Shown: positions 15,055 to 17,557 of the stretch, piece after piece
Layout: the number at the start of each line of letters is the position of its first letter
Numbering within the stretch: the first letter of the stretch is position 1
Assembly (NCBI GenBank): GCA_963708025.1
Contig: CAVPSB010000046.1
Span: 1-17,557 of the forward strand
Direction: 5' to 3'
Length of the DNA: 17,557 nt
Origin: an uncultured Candidatus Rokubacteria bacterium
Lineage (GTDB): Bacteria; Methylomirabilota; Methylomirabilia; Rokubacteriales; DASRDR01
Notes under the pieces: model-generated
The model's database searches: none
What the model saw: only the letters and a program-made list of their open reading frames with translations
What the model was told of the DNA's origin: nothing
Position numbers and translations under genes: made by a program

Positions 15055-16029
15055 TCACTTGATGGCGAGCGGATTGACGGGGGTGCCGACGGCGCCAGTG
15101 ATGGGCAGCGGCGCCGCCACCAGCAAGAAGTCGTACTGGCGGTCCTCGGCGCAAGAGGCCCCCAGCGCCTCGAGATCGAAGATCTCGCCGAGCAGCATCC
15201 CCATGTACGGGATGCAGATCACGTGGAGCGGCTGGTACACGTCGGCGGTCTCGTTGGGGCGGACCTCGGTGCCCCAGGTGTCGGTGGCGTAGCCGGCGAT
15301 CTCGGTGTCGTGCAGCCAGCGTGCGCAGTCGAGGGCGAGGCCGGGCGCGGGACCGCCGCAGTAGTCACCCAGGAGCCGCGCGCGCGGACTTGCCCCATCT
15401 GCCCGGTCCGGATCAGGACGATATCGCCCCGCTCGATCGCGACGCCCTGCGCCGCGGCGCAGCCGTCCAGGTCGGCGGGGTGGATGGCCTCGGTCGGCTC
15501 CAGCCACGACCGCCCCTTCCAGCGGGCGATGTCGAGCAGGACGCCGCGGGTGACCAGGCGGTCCTTCCAGTTCTCGATCCCGAGGCGCTCAGCCCCGCCA
15601 GCTGGCGACCGCGCTGGCCGGAACGCCGTTGTAGAGGTGGCCGTCGTGGATGACGTGGCCGAGCCCGTCCCACTGCGTCCCGCCCTGGAGCGCCAGGAGG
15701 ACGACGTCGTCGGTGCCCCGGAACTGCAGGTCGCGGCCGCCGTAAAACTTGTTCAGGATGGCGCCGCTCACGGTGTCCCCGCCGTCCCTCAGCATGAAGT
15801 GCATCGGGTTGAATCGGCCCCACGCGCCGGTCTGGGGCCCGCTGCTGTCGAGCGGGATGGCCAGGGAGAAGGTGCGCCCCTGTCGCACGCAGCGGCTGGC
15901 CCGCCGGATGGTGTCCGGCGTGATGAAGTTGACGGTTCCGATCTGGTCGTCCGGTCCCCAGCGGCCCCAGTTCGACAGCTCTCGCGCCAGCCGCAGGACG
16001 TCCTCGACTCCGGGGCGGTCGTCAGCCAT
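15055..16029 (-). CDS. Cyclase / kynurenine-formamidase (KynB)-like metal-dependent hydrolase, with two frameshifts (~15597 and 15368-15370)
   Basis: SNWGRWGPDDQIGTVN and QGGTQWDGLGH in the first frame, LVTRGVLLDIA...GDIVLIRTG in a second frame, then LGEIFDLEAL...PLPITGAVGTPVNPLAIK*. SD GGAGA before ATG 16029. Confidence 0.9.
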
Positions 16030-16109
16030 TCTCCGATTCTCCGTGCGGTGTCCGGGAGCGCCGGCCCGCGTCCACGTGGTGCTCGCAACCGCTGGGATCG
16101 TCCTCCCTC

Positions 16110-16166
16110 TTGACGCCGAAAGGACGGGATGCAAGAATCCCGCATCCAAGCGCATTGTAATCCCGC
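16110..16166 (+). promoter_or_regulatory. Sigma70-like promoter TTGACG-N17-AAGAAT (extended TGn) overlapped by palindrome CGGGAT-N6-ATCCCG
   Basis: -35 at 16110-16115, -10 at 16133-16138, palindrome at 16125-16142. AATCCCGC occurs at both 16136-16143 and 16159-16166. Confidence 0.55.
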
Positions 16167-16298
16167 TCACCGGCCGGCCGCCGACCGCGCGGAAGACGGC
16201 ATCCCCGAGTTCCTCTTCGGCGGCGCGGAACTGTAATGGGGTCAGGCACCGGCGCCCGGCGCACCTGCGCTCGGCGCCGCAAGACGACGGGAGGCGGC

Positions 16299-17365
16299 AT
16301 GTCGCTACGGATGAAGGGTATCCGGCTGGCCCTGGCGTTGCTCTTCGGCTCGACCATCCTTGCGCTCGACGCCATGCCGGCGGCGGCCCAGACGAAGCTG
16401 ATCGTCCACGGCGGGAGCCCCAGCCCCGACATCGCGTACATCAACCTCTACGTCGGCCAGCAAGCCGGGCTGTTCAAGGAAGAGGGGCTCGAGGTCGAGG
16501 TGCGCTACGCGTCGGGCGCGGCCATGGCGACTCAGATCACCGCCAGCGACGGCGCCGACATCGGCGACGTCACCTACGAGCCGTTCCTGCTCGGTTACGA
16601 GAAGGGGCTGCGGGGCAAGTTCTTCTACGACCGCTACGACCACAACATCTTCTTCATCGGCGTGCCGGAGGACAGCCCGATCAAGACCATCCAGGATCTG
16701 GCCGGCAAGAAGATCGGCGTCTCGAACATGGGCAGCTCGTGCCTGAACGTGGCGAACTCCATGCTGCGCGGGGCTGGCCTGACGCCCAGCCAGGACATCT
16801 TCGTGCCGGTGGGAATCGGTGACTCGGCGATCGTCGCGCTGAAAACCAACCAGATCCAGGCCTATTCGCTGTTCGACGCCGCCTACGCCGGTCTCGAGCG
16901 GTCCGGTCTCAAGCTGCGCTACATCCAGCACCCGACGATCGGCAAAACCGGGAACGGAGGTTACTTCGCCTCGGATCGGACCCTGTCGAGGAAGCGGGGG
17001 GAGATGGTGAAGTTCGCCCGGGCGATGATCAAGGCCCACGTCTTCATCCGGGAGAACACGCCGGTGTCGTTGAGGATGTACTGGACGGTGAATCCGGCCG
17101 CGCGCGTCGGCGCCACCGAGGCGGATGCCCTCAAGAACGGCATGCAGGAGCTGAGGTTCGCCCCGTTCTTCAGCGGGCGTCCCGATAGCCGGATCGGGAA
17201 GTTCGACCTGAAGGGGCTGGAGGCGTACCTGGAGACGCTCGGCAAGGAAGGGGTCGTCCCCCGAAGTTCACCGTGGCCGATTTCGTCCGCACGGACCTGG
17301 TCGAAGAGGCCCACAGCGGACTCGACCTGGCGTCCGTCGCGACGATGGCGCGCAACTGGAAATAG
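16299..17365 (+). CDS. SsuA/TauA/NMT1-THI5-type ABC substrate-binding protein, frameshifted at the C-run 17258-17262
   Basis: SD GGGAGG, Sec signal (AAA-Q), GLFKEEGLEVE and SPIKTIQDLAGKKIGV. A plausible C-terminus PKFTVADFVRTDLVEEAHSGLDLASVATMARNWK* lies in the shifted frame (TAG 17363-17365); the unshifted tail looks non-coding. Confidence 0.88.
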
Positions 17366-17488
17366 ACCGGCGGCCGCCGAGCCGCGGGCCAGCGACATCA
17401 CGTTCGCTGGGCGTTCGTCGGGGGATCGCGGGCGGCCTCGACCGGCGCCTCGGCACCACCGTCCGATGAGGCGGTTGCTCGAGACGTG

Positions 17489-17557
17489 ATGGAGCCGTCG
17501 CTCATCGAGGTGGACCGGGTGGGCAAGATCTACCCGGCCGCCGACGGCCGGCCCGTC
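17489..17557 (+). CDS. Partial ABC ATP-binding protein (SsuB/TauB/NrtD-like), truncated by the window end
   Basis: MEPSLIEVDRVGKIYPAADGRPV fits the pre-Walker-A N-terminus of this family and follows the cognate binding protein. Confidence 0.7.
   Translation, partial: MEPSLIEVDRVGKIYPAADGRPV

Noticed and set aside
16140..16298. TPP riboswitch upstream of the THI5/NMT1-like binding protein
   Set aside because: The CUGAGA and ACCUG core motifs are not present in the expected arrangement.
17366..17489. Extended C-terminus of the binding protein to 17489, as in the ORF track
   Set aside because: It results from the frameshift at 17258-17262. The shifted frame gives a family-like end at 17365.

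Overview
Very GC-rich bacterial DNA, dense in transport and catabolic genes. The gene style is reminiscent of Ca. Rokubacteria/Methylomirabilota-type soil bacteria (inference only). Left to right: (i) a Rieske oxygenase alpha subunit (-); (ii) a broken ModE-like/Mop (TOBE) gene heading a FecB/BtuF-type ABC importer operon, plausibly for molybdate/tungstate; (iii) a His-tailed FmdB-type zinc ribbon divergent from an uncharacterised Cys/His-motif protein and a TTC38-like TPR protein; (iv) a minus-strand operon of Tat-exported family-5 binding protein, two permeases, an MDR dehydrogenase (in frame with the second permease) and an SDR, the SDR bracketed by two inverted copies of a ~68-bp hairpin repeat; (v) divergently, a xylose-isomerase-like TIM barrel and an LVIVD beta-propeller; (vi) a cyclase/KynB-family hydrolase divergent from an SsuA/THI5-type ABC system that runs off the right edge. 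Five frameshifts, four in short G/C homopolymers, suggest long-read indel errors, so fusions and pseudogenes need read-level checks. No rRNA, tRNA, CRISPR array or transposase was seen. Family assignments come from motif recognition; no database search was run.
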